NCBI GenBank assembly: GCA_045653035.1
Contig: JAZOLO010000003.1
Coordinates: 24,514 to 88,513, forward strand
Length of the DNA stretch: 64,000 nucleotides
Reading direction: 5' to 3'
From: Eubacteriales bacterium
Lineage (GTDB): Bacteria > Bacillota > Clostridia > Oscillospirales > SIG627
Shown piece by piece: positions 44,168 to 53,755 of this stretch. The translations under genes and the position numbers were made by a program. Under the pieces are notes generated by a model. It was given only the letters and a program-made list of their open reading frames with translations, did not search any database and was not told the DNA's origin. How positions within the stretch are numbered: the stretch's first letter is position 1; the number at the start of each line of letters is the position of its first letter.

Positions 44168-45727
44168 CTACATAAGAGGAGCTATAATTTTGAGAATATA
44201 CCCTCTTATCTTAATAATAAGCTTTTCTTTTTTTATGGTTTTTTCTGTAATTCTTCGGCATTTTTTAAGGGTTTTCTTAAAGTCCCTGTCAATGTCCGAA
44301 ATCGAATCGGTATACGCCATATATGTTGCACATTCAAAATGGTGGTAAAGGCTTCGGTAGTCGAGATTTATCGTACCCACTACCGCCTCCCTAGAGTCTG
44401 CAGAGAACACCTTGGCATGAACGAAGCCACAGGTATATTCGTAGATATTTACCCCAGAGAAAAGAAGTGATTTATAGTGAGTTTTTGCAAGTGCCCATGC
44501 ACCCTTTTTGTCTGGAATTCCTGGAAGAATTATATTCACCGAAACGCCTCTTTCGGCGGCAAATTTGATTGCCGTTTCCATTTCGGAATCAAGAATGAGA
44601 TAAGGGGTCATTATATACACGTGAGAGGTGGCACGGCTTAAAATATCCATGTATACCCTCTCCCCTATCTTGTCAATATCAACGGGCGAGTCAGAAAACG
44701 GAATTACAAAACCGCGGTGCTCTGATTTGTGGTTCTTTATTTTAAGATAAGGCTCGTAGCTTTCCTCCTTGGTATCCAGCTCCCACATCTGAAGAAACAT
44801 AAGAGTAAAGCTTTTTACTGCCTCTCCGCGAATTTTCACGGCACAGTCCTTCCAGTGACCGAACCTTGATGTGACGTTTATATACTCATCTGCAAGGTTT
44901 ATGCCACCGTTGAATGCTACCTTGCCGTCAATAACAAGGATTTTTCTATGGTCTCGGTAGTTGTAGTGAGTAGAAAGAAAGGGCGTTATGGGAGAAAACA
45001 TTTTGCACTTTATTCCCTTTTTATGAAGCTCTTTCGGGTAAGAGTGAGGAAGCTTTGAAAACTCACAGGTGCCGTCATAAAGGACTCTTACCTCTACCCC
45101 TTCGTTTACTTTTCTTTCAAGTATTTCAAGGACTTTTCCCCACATCTCTCCTTCTGCTATTATAAAGTATTCGAGGAAAATGAAGTACTCTGCCTTTTCA
45201 AGCTCGTTTATCAGTGCTTCAAGCTTTTCTTCACCTGATGGAAGATATACCGTTTCGGTGTTTTCGTAAGGAGGATTTGTACCTCTTGACAGAAGATAAT
45301 TTGAAAGAGAGGCGACACCTTTGTCAAGACTCTCGATTTTTTTAACAACGTGGGTGTTTCTGGGAATTACCGTCATATTTCGGCGGGAGAGAGTATCAAA
45401 TCTTTCTTTAAGTGCCCTGTGTCCGAAATCACTTCTGGTATACGCAAAAAGTAGACAACCAAAAATGGGTAGTGCCATAATAAGAACAAGCCACGTAATT
45501 TTTGCCGTAGGGTTCATGGGACAATTCACAATATAAAAAACGGCGGCGGTTATAAGAATGGCGTTTCCTCCCCAAATCTGTGGGAGAAAGCCTTCAAAAA
45601 CGTAAAAAGAAAAGAACAGAATAATAAGCTGTAATAGAAACAGTAGAGTGATTATTCCAAGTCTTGAAAAAAGAATGCGTCCTATTTTCTGCTTGTAATC
45701 TTTTGTTAGCTTCTTTCGTTTCTTCAT
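44168..45727 (-). CDS. cls: Cardiolipin synthase (two PLD/HKD motifs)
   Basis: HKD motifs HRKILVIDGKVAFNGGINL and HAKVFSADSREAVVGTINLD, plus N-terminal TM helices. GGAGGTG RBS precedes the ATG at 45727. Confidence 0.9.
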   Translation of the reverse strand: MKKRKKLTKDYKQKIGRILFSRLGIITLLFLLQLIILFFSFYVFEGFLPQIWGGNAILITAAVFYIVNCPMNPTAKITWLVLIMALPIFGCLLFAYTRSDFGHRALKERFDTLSRRNMTVIPRNTHVVKKIESLDKGVASLSNYLLSRGTNPPYENTETVYLPSGEEKLEALINELEKAEYFIFLEYFIIAEGEMWGKVLEILERKVNEGVEVRVLYDGTCEFSKLPHSYPKELHKKGIKCKMFSPITPFLSTHYNYRDHRKILVIDGKVAFNGGINLADEYINVTSRFGHWKDCAVKIRGEAVKSFTLMFLQMWELDTKEESYEPYLKIKNHKSEHRGFVIPFSDSPVDIDKIGERVYMDILSRATSHVYIMTPYLILDSEMETAIKFAAERGVSVNIILPGIPDKKGAWALAKTHYKSLLFSGVNIYEYTCGFVHAKVFSADSREAVVGTINLDYRSLYHHFECATYMAYTDSISDIDRDFKKTLKKCRRITEKTIKKEKLIIKIRGYILKIIAPLM

Positions 45728-45892
45728 TCTGTCACCTCCCACCTATATAATGTTAAAACTTTAGTAAAATAATGTCAAGAGAAAAACATTTAATTTTTTT
45801 AATTGATATGTATTGATTTGATGAGAAAACCGTGATAATATAGAATATAATAGATAAGTGTTTGTAAATTGATATAAGAACGGAGTAAAATA

Positions 45893-47308
45893 ATGCGTAA
45901 GACAAAAATAATATGCACCATAGGACCTGCATGTGCAAACGAATCGGTACTTACAAGAATGTGTAAGAACGGAATGAACGTTGCAAGACTGAATTTTTCT
46001 CATTCAACTCACGAGGAACACAAAAAGGTCATTGAACTTATAAAAGCAGTACGCGAAAAGCTTTCACTCCCCATTGCTATAATGCTTGACACAAAAGGTC
46101 CTGAATACAGAATAAAAACCTTTGAAAATAAGAAGATAAGCGTTACCGAGGGTGACCGCTTCACCTTTACCACAAGAGATATTGTAGGAAACGAGACCAT
46201 CGTATCTGTAAATTACGAGCATCTGACAGAGGATTTATCTGTAGGTGACACCATTATGGTAAACAACGGACTCGTTCAGTTTTCAGTTGACGAGATTGAG
46301 GACACCGAGGTTCATTGTACAGTAACGGTAGGTGGCGAAATTTCCGATAGAAAGAGCATGAATTTTCCCAACAAGGTGCTCAAGCACGATTATTTAAGCA
46401 GTCAGGACAAGGAAGACCTCCTTTTCGGAATTCAAAATGATATAGATTTTGTTGCGGCATCGTTCGTATCTTCAAAAAAAGATGCTCTTGATATCAGAAA
46501 TTTTCTTGACGAAAACGGCGGTAAGGATATCAGTATAATTGCCAAAATTGAAAACCGTGCAGGTGTTGACAACATCGACGAAATATGCGAGATTGCCGAT
46601 GGAATAATGGTTGCAAGAGGCGACCTCGGCGTTGAAATTCCCTTCGTTGAAGTGCCTACCGTACAGAAGTTTCTCATAAGCAAATGCAGACTTCTAGGTA
46701 AGAGGGTTATTACCGCCACCGAAATGCTTGAATCCATGATACACAATGCAAGACCTACAAGGGCGGAAATCTCCGACGTCGCAAATGCCGTTTATGACGG
46801 TTCTTCTGCTATAATGCTGTCGGGCGAGACTGCAACGGGGAAATATCCTGCCGAAGCAGTAAAGAACATGGCAGAGATTGCTGAATTTACCGAAAAGCAT
46901 ATCGACTACAAGCACTGGTTTGCAACCACGAAATATGAAATAAAGAATAATCTTGATGCTATCTCCCACTCGGTTTGTGCCATGGCAATAGACGTTAATG
47001 CAAAATGCATCGTGGTAAACTCCATTTCGGGACGCACAGCACGAATGGTAAGCCGTTTTAGATGTCCTGCGGATATTCTGGGACTTACCACAAACGAGAA
47101 AGCGTACAGACAGCTCAACATGAGCTGGGGCGTTACTCCAGTGCTTACACAGGAATATCCCGCTATTGATATTGTCTTTTATGAGGCACTCAATGAAGCG
47201 AAGAGGGTTTTCAAGCTTGAAAAGGACGACAACGTTGTCATGACAGGCGGACAGATAGGCGGAGCACCGGGTAATACGAATATGATTAAAGTTGAAAAAG
47301 TAAAGTGA
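45893..47308 (+). CDS. pyk: Pyruvate kinase
   Basis: Contains MRKTKIICTIGPA..., ...MNVARLNFSHS..., ...MVARGDLGVEIP... and ...ATEMLESM.... Confidence 0.96.
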   Translation: MRKTKIICTIGPACANESVLTRMCKNGMNVARLNFSHSTHEEHKKVIELIKAVREKLSLPIAIMLDTKGPEYRIKTFENKKISVTEGDRFTFTTRDIVGNETIVSVNYEHLTEDLSVGDTIMVNNGLVQFSVDEIEDTEVHCTVTVGGEISDRKSMNFPNKVLKHDYLSSQDKEDLLFGIQNDIDFVAASFVSSKKDALDIRNFLDENGGKDISIIAKIENRAGVDNIDEICEIADGIMVARGDLGVEIPFVEVPTVQKFLISKCRLLGKRVITATEMLESMIHNARPTRAEISDVANAVYDGSSAIMLSGETATGKYPAEAVKNMAEIAEFTEKHIDYKHWFATTKYEIKNNLDAISHSVCAMAIDVNAKCIVVNSISGRTARMVSRFRCPADILGLTTNEKAYRQLNMSWGVTPVLTQEYPAIDIVFYEALNEAKRVFKLEKDDNVVMTGGQIGGAPGNTNMIKVEKVK

Positions 47309-47336
47309 AGACTATCGTCTTCACTTTACTTTTTTA
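47303..47336. terminator. Bidirectional terminator AAGTGAAGAC-TATC-GTCTTCACTT + T-run between pyk and the aminopeptidase gene
   Basis: 10-bp perfect stem overlapping both stop codons. Confidence 0.8.
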
Positions 47337-48626
47337 TTCAATTATAAAGTCATTTCCGATTTTTCTTATATGAGCAGAAAAGAATGTTTCAAAAGCACGC
47401 ACCGCATATTCGGTGTCCCTTGCTCCTGCAGTTTCATAGGACGAGTGCATTGCAAGCTGAGGAAGTCCTATATCTACTCCTGTGACAGGAACGTTCGATA
47501 TGGCAATATGTCCAAGAGTTGAGCCGCCTGCAATATCGGCACGGTTTATATATGAGCCCACAGGCACGTCGCACATTCTGCAAATCTCACGGAATACCGC
47601 CTCGCCTTCACCGTCGGTAATGTATCTCATCTGTGCGTTTCGCTTTATCACGATACCCGAATTGAGATACATCTTATTGTTCTCCGAGAAAAGCTCGGGG
47701 TGATTGGGGTGTACTCCGTGTGCATTGTCGGCAGATACAAGAAAAGAGTTTGCAAGAAGTCGGAGATAATCTTCGCTATTACCGCCAAGGCAAAGAGATA
47801 TACGGCGAAGCGTATCTGAAAGAAACACCGACCCTGCACCTTCAGCTGTACCGCTTCCCACCTCTTCGCTGTTGAAGAGTGCGAGAATGGGCATATTTAC
47901 CTCATCGTCAGACAAAAGGAAGCCTGAAAGGGAGCAAAAAACACATTGAAGGTCGTCGAGTCTGGGGGATGACAGAAACTCATCGGATATTCCCCATATT
48001 CTTCCCTTTTCGCGGTTTACAAGGTAAAGGTCGTGAGAGACAATATTCTCCCTTTCAACGCCTGCACTCTCTGCAAGGAGTGACAGAAGCTTATTAGTAC
48101 CGTCTTTCTCTCCTGCAAGAGCCTGCATATCCACGTTAAGCGTCAGCTTGTTGTCAGGTGCTTGCATAAGGTGAGGGGGAACAGAAGGGATAAGTGCTAT
48201 ATCTTTTTCACTATTCACAATCTTAGATACAAGCCTTTTTCCGTCCCGTGCAATAACTCTTCCTGCAACGCCGAGAGGTCTATCAAGCCAAGACGTAAGC
48301 ACGGGAGCGCCGTATCTTTCAATCGAAAGCTTCAGGTAGCCCCCCGATAATTCAAACGAAGGCGAAAGCTTAAAGGAGGGGCTGTCGGTATGGGCTGCCA
48401 CAATCTGAAATCCGTCAAACCCCGAGTCTGGCACTCTGAAAGCAATAATAGATGCATCGCCTTTGGTGACAAAATATGCTCCTGCCCTTTCTATATTCCA
48501 CTTTTCATTCTCGAAAAGCTCGGTATAACCGTCCTCGATAAGACGCATTTTAACATTTTTTACTACGTGAAAGGGTGTGGGAGAGTCGTATATAAAATCA
48601 ATAAGGTCACGGTTGAAGTTTTCCAT
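47334..48626 (-). CDS. M18 family aminopeptidase
   Basis: Contains ...DFIYDSPTPFHVV... and ...AAHTDSPSFKL.... The overall length and pattern fit M18. Confidence 0.85.
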   Translation of the reverse strand: MENFNRDLIDFIYDSPTPFHVVKNVKMRLIEDGYTELFENEKWNIERAGAYFVTKGDASIIAFRVPDSGFDGFQIVAAHTDSPSFKLSPSFELSGGYLKLSIERYGAPVLTSWLDRPLGVAGRVIARDGKRLVSKIVNSEKDIALIPSVPPHLMQAPDNKLTLNVDMQALAGEKDGTNKLLSLLAESAGVERENIVSHDLYLVNREKGRIWGISDEFLSSPRLDDLQCVFCSLSGFLLSDDEVNMPILALFNSEEVGSGTAEGAGSVFLSDTLRRISLCLGGNSEDYLRLLANSFLVSADNAHGVHPNHPELFSENNKMYLNSGIVIKRNAQMRYITDGEGEAVFREICRMCDVPVGSYINRADIAGGSTLGHIAISNVPVTGVDIGLPQLAMHSSYETAGARDTEYAVRAFETFFSAHIRKIGNDFIIE

Positions 48627-48629
48627 AAA

Positions 48630-48971
48630 CTAATTGTTCTCCAGTTTTCTGTAATAAGAAAAGTGTGCAACCACGGTTCTTTCTTCGCCTTTTTCATCGT
48701 CAAAGCCCGATATGATAATTCCGTTACGGCTCATAAGCTCGGCCGTGGTTATCTCCTCGGCGTTTCCGTGAAAGACGACCTTTCCTTCACAGCAGATTAT
48801 AAAGGCTTTATCCTTTATGGAAATAGAACCGCTTTTGCCAACGAGTATTTCTTCGTTATCTATTCTTTCGGTTACCGATTCTATAATGAGATTATTGAAC
48901 TTTTCAGCCATTTTCATATTATAGGCACGGCTTCCGGGCTTTGGCTCGAACATTCTTGAAAAGAATGACAT
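48630..48971 (-). CDS. Hypothetical protein (113 aa), translationally coupled between the ABC ATPase and the aminopeptidase
   Basis: Starts MSFFSRMFEPKPGSRAYNMKMAEKFNNLIIESV.... The ATG at 48971 lies 1 nt after the ATPase stop. The 157-aa track version overlaps the ATPase gene and is an over-extension. Confidence 0.55.
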   Translation of the reverse strand: MSFFSRMFEPKPGSRAYNMKMAEKFNNLIIESVTERIDNEEILVGKSGSISIKDKAFIICCEGKVVFHGNAEEITTAELMSRNGIIISGFDDEKGEERTVVAHFSYYRKLENN

Positions 48972-48972
48972 A

Positions 48973-49704
48973 TTAAAGCACCTTTGAAAGAAAATCTCGA
49001 AGTCTTGGGTTCTTGGGGTTTCCGAAGAATTCCTCGGGAGTTCCCTCCTCTGCAATCTGACCTGCATCAATAAAGAGGACTCTTGAGCCGACTTCTTTTG
49101 CAAAGCCCATTTCGTGTGTTACCACTACCATGGTCATTCCCTCCTCGGCAAGCTCCTTCATAAGCTCAAGAACTTCGCCTACCATTTCGGGGTCAAGGGC
49201 TGACGTGGGCTCGTCAAAGAGAAGAACGTCGGGTGACATTGCAAGAGCACGAACTATGGCAACTCTCTGCTTTTGCCCTCCTGAAAGCTGTGAAGGGTAC
49301 GCCTTTGCCTTATCAGCAAGTCCTATTCTTTCGAGAAGATCCATTGCCTTTTTCTCCGCTTCTGCCTTTGGCATAAGACCGAGCTTTATAGGGGCAAGGG
49401 TGATGTTTTCCATTATGGTTTTGTGAGGGAATAAGTTGAAGTGCTGGAATACCATTCCCATCTTCTGTCTTATCTTATTTATCTCTCTGCCCTTGTGAGA
49501 GATTTTTTTGCCGTCAAACCATATCTCTCCGTCGGTAGGAACTTCAAGCATGTTAAGGCATCGGAGGAAGGTGCTCTTACCACCACCTGACGGTCCTATT
49601 ACTACTACCTTTTCACCTTTTTCAATTTTTATGTCTATTCCGCGAAGAACCTTTATTTCGTTTTCTTTGCCAAAGCTTTTGACAAGATTTTTAACCTCTA
49701 TCAC
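48973..49704 (-). CDS. Amino-acid ABC transporter ATP-binding protein (GlnQ/HisP-like)
   Basis: Walker [10 protein letters not shown], signature [15 protein letters not shown], and Walker [15 protein letters not shown] start at 49704 with AGGAGG upstream. Confidence 0.92.
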   Translation of the reverse strand: MIEVKNLVKSFGKENEIKVLRGIDIKIEKGEKVVVIGPSGGGKSTFLRCLNMLEVPTDGEIWFDGKKISHKGREINKIRQKMGMVFQHFNLFPHKTIMENITLAPIKLGLMPKAEAEKKAMDLLERIGLADKAKAYPSQLSGGQKQRVAIVRALAMSPDVLLFDEPTSALDPEMVGEVLELMKELAEEGMTMVVVTHEMGFAKEVGSRVLFIDAGQIAEEGTPEEFFGNPKNPRLRDFLSKVL

Positions 49705-51082
49705 TGCGACGAAGCCTCCTTTCAAGAAGGGATACAAGATAAGAAAGACCGAGTACAAGTACAAGGTATATAACTGCTATTGCAATAAGAGGCATAAAGT
49801 TACTGTATGTTATACTTCTTATCTTAAGACCGCCACGTGTAAGGTCTGCAACACCTATGTAGAACGCAACGGAGGTTTCTTTAAGAAGTGCAATAAATTC
49901 GTTTGCCAGGGCGGGAAGTACCGCCTTTATAGCCTGAGGGATTATAATGTACCACATGGTTGCAACGTAGTTGAAGCCAAGGCTTCGACCTGCTACAAGC
50001 TGACCGACGTCAATGGACATTATACCGCCTCGGACAATTTCAGCAACGTATGCACCTGAGTTTATACCGAAGCAGAGTACTGCCGCCGTAAACTTTTCAA
50101 CTCCTGCAGGGAGAAGTATTACGAAGTATATAATGAGAAGCTGAATCATAACGGGCGTTCCGCGCATTACAGTAAGATAAAGACGGAATACCGTATCAAG
50201 AAACTTCATTTTTCCTGTCTTCTGATAAGTACATCTTACTATGGCAACGATAAAGCCGATAGCAAGTCCAAGGAGAAGAGAAAGTGCCGTAATGGAAAGA
50301 GTTGTACCAAGCCCCTTTGCAAGATAAGTCCAACGGTTTTCCTCTATAAAGTTACGGTAGAACTCATCCTTAAAGTCGTTATAGGCACGTAGAATAGGTG
50401 ACGAGGTGTCGGGCTTCTTGGAATCGTAATTCTTGAGCTTAAAGCAATCTATACAACCGTTACGAAGGGAAGTTCTGTTGGAAATATCTATAGTCTCGCC
50501 GTTAACTGTAATTTCCTTTACACTGTTAACAAACTTCTTTGCCGAAACAATTCCGCCAAGCACCTTGTCCACCATGGCGTCGTCAAGGTAAAGAGTTAGT
50601 CCCTTATCCTCTGTCTCATAAATAGACATTTCCACATCGCCCGAAAGCTTTTCAGATGCTTCGACAAGAGAGAGAAGCTTCGGTCTTATTTCTAGAAGGA
50701 TAGCCGTAGCATTCTTGGTCTTACCCGTTACGGGGTCGGTGAGGTCAATATTCAGAAGCTCGTTGATATTATCCTTTACGGGGGTAAGTATATCAACGGT
50801 CTCGTAACTACATTTGAGTATAATATTTTTTTCAAAGCCGTACTCTATCTCGTTTACCTTGATAGTAGTATTTTCGGCAACGTACTTTGAACAGGGCGCT
50901 ATGTTGTTTGGAAGATTTAAAAATTCTTCGTCAACCATCTTCTGCGCTTCTTCAATTGTTATTTTTGTTTCTACTGTGTTGTTTTGTCTTTCAACAAATA
51001 TAGCTACAGAAAAAGCTGCTAGTACAATAGCTATTACTGCAAAAACTGCCACAAGGGCGCGCAGGTGTTTATTTTTAATCAT
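49691..51082 (-). CDS. Amino-acid ABC transporter permease (HisM/GlnP family core) with a ~240-aa N-terminal membrane-anchored extracytoplasmic extension
   Basis: The C-terminal ~220 aa is typical of a polar-amino-acid permease (...[20 protein letters not shown]...[16 protein letters not shown]...[23 protein letters not shown]...). The N-terminal 240 aa has one TM helix plus a soluble domain I cannot assign. Confidence 0.8.
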   Translation of the reverse strand: MIKNKHLRALVAVFAVIAIVLAAFSVAIFVERQNNTVETKITIEEAQKMVDEEFLNLPNNIAPCSKYVAENTTIKVNEIEYGFEKNIILKCSYETVDILTPVKDNINELLNIDLTDPVTGKTKNATAILLEIRPKLLSLVEASEKLSGDVEMSIYETEDKGLTLYLDDAMVDKVLGGIVSAKKFVNSVKEITVNGETIDISNRTSLRNGCIDCFKLKNYDSKKPDTSSPILRAYNDFKDEFYRNFIEENRWTYLAKGLGTTLSITALSLLLGLAIGFIVAIVRCTYQKTGKMKFLDTVFRLYLTVMRGTPVMIQLLIIYFVILLPAGVEKFTAAVLCFGINSGAYVAEIVRGGIMSIDVGQLVAGRSLGFNYVATMWYIIIPQAIKAVLPALANEFIALLKETSVAFYIGVADLTRGGLKIRSITYSNFMPLIAIAVIYLVLVLGLSYLVSLLERRLRRSDRG

Positions 51083-51106
51083 TTGGATTTGCCTTCCTTT
51101 TAACGC

Positions 51107-51141
51107 AAAAAAATAGGAAAGCTCAAGACGTTCCTATTTTT
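51107..51141 (-). terminator. Hairpin AATAGGAA-N11-TTCCTATT with flanking A7/T5 between the binding-protein and permease genes; probable partial terminator
   Basis: Seen directly. There is a U7 tail on the minus strand. Confidence 0.55.
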
Positions 51142-51173
51142 CTGCATTATCTTAAATGTTCGTGTTTAAAAGA

Positions 51174-51995
51174 TTACTTGATGTACTTAGCAACGATTTC
51201 TGCAATCTTTCCGTTTTCAGTAAGTGCAAGAATTGCCTCGTTGAGTCTGTCAAGAAGCTCTGTGTTTTCCTTGTTAACGCAGATAGCATAGTCCTCGTCA
51301 GCGTAGGAGGTTTCAAGAATCTTGAGACCTTCGTTTGCTGCAACAAGTGCCTTAGCGGGCTCGTTGTCGATGATAACGCAATCAAGGTCGCCACCTACAA
51401 GTGCGATAACTGCTTCGTTGCCGTTGCTGTATGCGGTAACTCTTTCTGCACCGAAGTCATCTGTAGCGTAGATATCACCTGTTGTACCCTGCTGAACACC
51501 TACCTTGTAGGTAGCGCCGTCTGCATAGAGGTCGTCAACTGTAGCGATAGCGGAATCTTCCTTAACGATGATGGACTGTACGCCTGTTGCGTAGCTGTTT
51601 GTGAAGTTGATTTCAAGAAGTCTTGCTTCGGTAACTGACATACCTGCCATAGCGAAATCAACAGCACCTTTCATAACGGCAGTGATGATTGTGTCGAATT
51701 CCATATCCTGAATTTCAAGAGTCATGCCGAGGTATTCAGCAATAGCTGCTGCAATCTCAGCATCGATACCTACGATTACGCCGTCCTGATAGTACTCATA
51801 GGGCTGGAAGTAAGCGTTGGTAGCCATCTTGATAACAGGCTTTTCTTCGGGAACTTCGGGAGTCTCGTTGTTTTCGGGTACTTCAACGTTTTCTACTTCA
51901 TTGTTGTTTTCTTCTGCTGTCTCGTTACATGCTACAAGTGCGAATGACATCATGAGCATGGAGATAGCAAGAACTACTGAAAGAAACTTTTTCAT
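51174..51995 (-). CDS. Amino-acid ABC transporter substrate-binding lipoprotein
   Basis: Lipobox in MKKFLSVVLAISMLMMSFALVAC/NE. The body is SBP family 3-like (...IKMATNAYFQPYEY...). Confidence 0.88.
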   Translation of the reverse strand: MKKFLSVVLAISMLMMSFALVACNETAEENNNEVENVEVPENNETPEVPEEKPVIKMATNAYFQPYEYYQDGVIVGIDAEIAAAIAEYLGMTLEIQDMEFDTIITAVMKGAVDFAMAGMSVTEARLLEINFTNSYATGVQSIIVKEDSAIATVDDLYADGATYKVGVQQGTTGDIYATDDFGAERVTAYSNGNEAVIALVGGDLDCVIIDNEPAKALVAANEGLKILETSYADEDYAICVNKENTELLDRLNEAILALTENGKIAEIVAKYIK

Positions 51996-52034
51996 GGTTT
52001 TGTTTTCTCCTTAAAATATAATGTTGATACGAAG

Positions 52035-52062
52035 ATTATACATCATTCCGCTAAAAAATCAA
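52035..52062 (-). promoter_or_regulatory. Sigma-A promoter TTGATT-16-TGtATAAT for the amino-acid ABC operon
   Basis: The reverse strand reads TTGATTttttagcggaatgaTGTATAAT. Confidence 0.6.
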
Positions 52063-52085
52063 CCTTTTTTTGCAAAAAAAATATT

Positions 52086-52120
52086 TTTTATGCACTTTTA
52101 CCCGAAACAGGTGCATAAAA
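52086..52120. repeat. 10-bp inverted repeat TTTTATGCAC-N15-GTGCATAAAA in the divergent intergenic region
   Basis: Seen directly. Each arm contains a TTATNCAC core. Confidence 0.6.
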
Positions 52121-52307
52121 TATCTTGTATATGTAACATTTTTGTGCATATTTATTCAAATTATCGTATTTTTATTCATGTTATAAAAGCACGAAAAGTA
52201 TCTAAAAATGTTCACAATGTAAGCGTTTACGATTTTGTAGTAAATTTTTAACTGTTTTTTTGCATATTCATTTTATCCTTGTATACAGGAGATTTTTGCA
52301 CTTTTGC

Positions 52308-52325
52308 TTGTTAAAAAATTATCAA
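52308..52325. promoter_or_regulatory. Rex-box-like site TTGTTAAAAAATTATCAA upstream of the rnf promoter
   Basis: One mismatch to my recollection of the clostridial Rex consensus TTGTTAANNNNTTAACAA. Confidence 0.3.
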
Positions 52326-52381
52326 TCCTATGAACTTTTTAAACAAAGTTGAAAAAAATCGAAAAATCATCATTTTAGGTG

Positions 52382-52410
52382 TTGCAAACTTGAGAAAAAA
52401 GTGCTAAAAT
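52382..52410 (+). promoter_or_regulatory. Sigma-A promoter TTGCAA-17-TGcTAAAAT for rnfCDGEAB
   Basis: TTGCAA at 52382-52387 and TAAAAT at 52405-52410, with an extended -10 TG. Confidence 0.65.
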
Positions 52411-52440
52411 ATACACAAATGAAAAAAGGAGGGCAAAACA

Positions 52441-53739
52441 ATGTCTTTAACCTTTAAAGGTGGACTTCATCCTGAAGAGAATAAAATCACATCTAAATGT
52501 CCTATTGAAATCATGCCCGAGCCTGCAACAGTTTCTATCGCCATGTCTCAGCACATAGGTGCACCCTGTACTCCGCTTGTAAAAAAAGGAGACCGAGTTC
52601 TTAAAGGGCAGCTTATAGGTATGGCTGATGGGGGGCTTGTATGTCCAGTTCATTCCAGCATTTCGGGAACGGTTACGGGAATAGTTGACAGAGTGGGCAG
52701 TGCAGGGCAAAAGGTCGTGCACGTAGAAATAGAAAACGACTATAAATCCGAGCTCTCTCCCAATATATTGGAAAATACAAAATCTCTTGAAGAGCATACC
52801 TTCGAGGAAATAGTAGAAATAGTAAAAAATGCAGGTGTTGCAGGTATGGGAGGTGCAGCATTCCCTACCCATTTTAAAATCTTCACCGCTAAAGATAAGG
52901 TAACAAAGCTTATTGTAAACTGTTCTGAGTGTGAGCCTTACATTACGGCAAACCACCGTCTTATGCTTGAAAAGCCCGAGGAAATCATAAACGGTATCAG
53001 AGTTGTTATGCACGCGCTTGGACTCAAGGAGTGCAATATTGCTGTAGAGGACAACAAAAAGGACGCTATAACCGTTCTTGAAAATGTTCTTTCGGGTGAC
53101 AGCAATATTTCAATAAGGGTAGTAAAAACAAAATATCCCCAAGGCGATGAAAGACAGCTTATATATGCCATCGACAAAATAGAAATCCCTACAGGAAAGC
53201 TTCCAGCCGACGTGGGACGCATTGTTCTTAACGCCGAGACCTGTGCGGCAATATGGCATGCGTTTTCACAAGGTTTACCTGTCATAAACAGAATTATAAC
53301 TGTAACAGGCGACTGTGTCGCAAATCCTAAGAATCTTCTGGTACCAATCGGTACTTCCATTTCAGATATTATCACATACTGTGGAGGCTACACAGGAGAA
53401 ATCGAGAAAATAATCAGCGGCGGTCCTATGATGGGAATGGCTCAATGGGATAAAAACGCACCTGTTGTAAAGGGCACTGCTTCAGTTCTCTGCCTTAAAA
53501 AGAAGGGAAAGAAAAGTCAAGCTGAAAGCTGCATACACTGCGGTAAGTGCGTAGGCTCATGTCCCATGCATCTCATGCCACTTTACCTTGCTTCCTTTGC
53601 AAAGCTCGGCGACTATGAGGCGTGTCGAGAATTCGACGTGCTCAGCTGTGTTGAATGTGGCTGCTGTACTTATCAGTGTCCCGGAAACGTTCCAATAGTT
53701 CAATACATAAGAACTGCCAAGGGTAAACTCAAAAAATAG
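52441..53739 (+). CDS. rnfC: Rnf complex subunit C
   Basis: Contains ...GVAGMGGAAFPTH... and two 4Fe-4S motifs, CIHCGKCVGSCP and CVECGCCTYQCP. Confidence 0.95.
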   Translation: MSLTFKGGLHPEENKITSKCPIEIMPEPATVSIAMSQHIGAPCTPLVKKGDRVLKGQLIGMADGGLVCPVHSSISGTVTGIVDRVGSAGQKVVHVEIENDYKSELSPNILENTKSLEEHTFEEIVEIVKNAGVAGMGGAAFPTHFKIFTAKDKVTKLIVNCSECEPYITANHRLMLEKPEEIINGIRVVMHALGLKECNIAVEDNKKDAITVLENVLSGDSNISIRVVKTKYPQGDERQLIYAIDKIEIPTGKLPADVGRIVLNAETCAAIWHAFSQGLPVINRIITVTGDCVANPKNLLVPIGTSISDIITYCGGYTGEIEKIISGGPMMGMAQWDKNAPVVKGTASVLCLKKKGKKSQAESCIHCGKCVGSCPMHLMPLYLASFAKLGDYEACREFDVLSCVECGCCTYQCPGNVPIVQYIRTAKGKLKK

Positions 53740-53755
53740 ATAAGGAGAATTAACT

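Noticed and set aside
48972-49103. N-terminal 44 aa of the 157-aa track ORF overlapping the ABC ATPase 3' end
   Set aside because: An internal ATG at 48971 sits 1 nt after the ATPase stop, which is classic coupling. The upstream extension is read out of frame from ATPase coding sequence.
52021-52251. 76-aa ORF in the rnf / amino-acid-ABC divergent spacer
   Set aside because: It sits in AT-rich promoter DNA with no RBS. It overlaps the predicted minus-strand promoter, and its composition is typical of random AT-rich translation.
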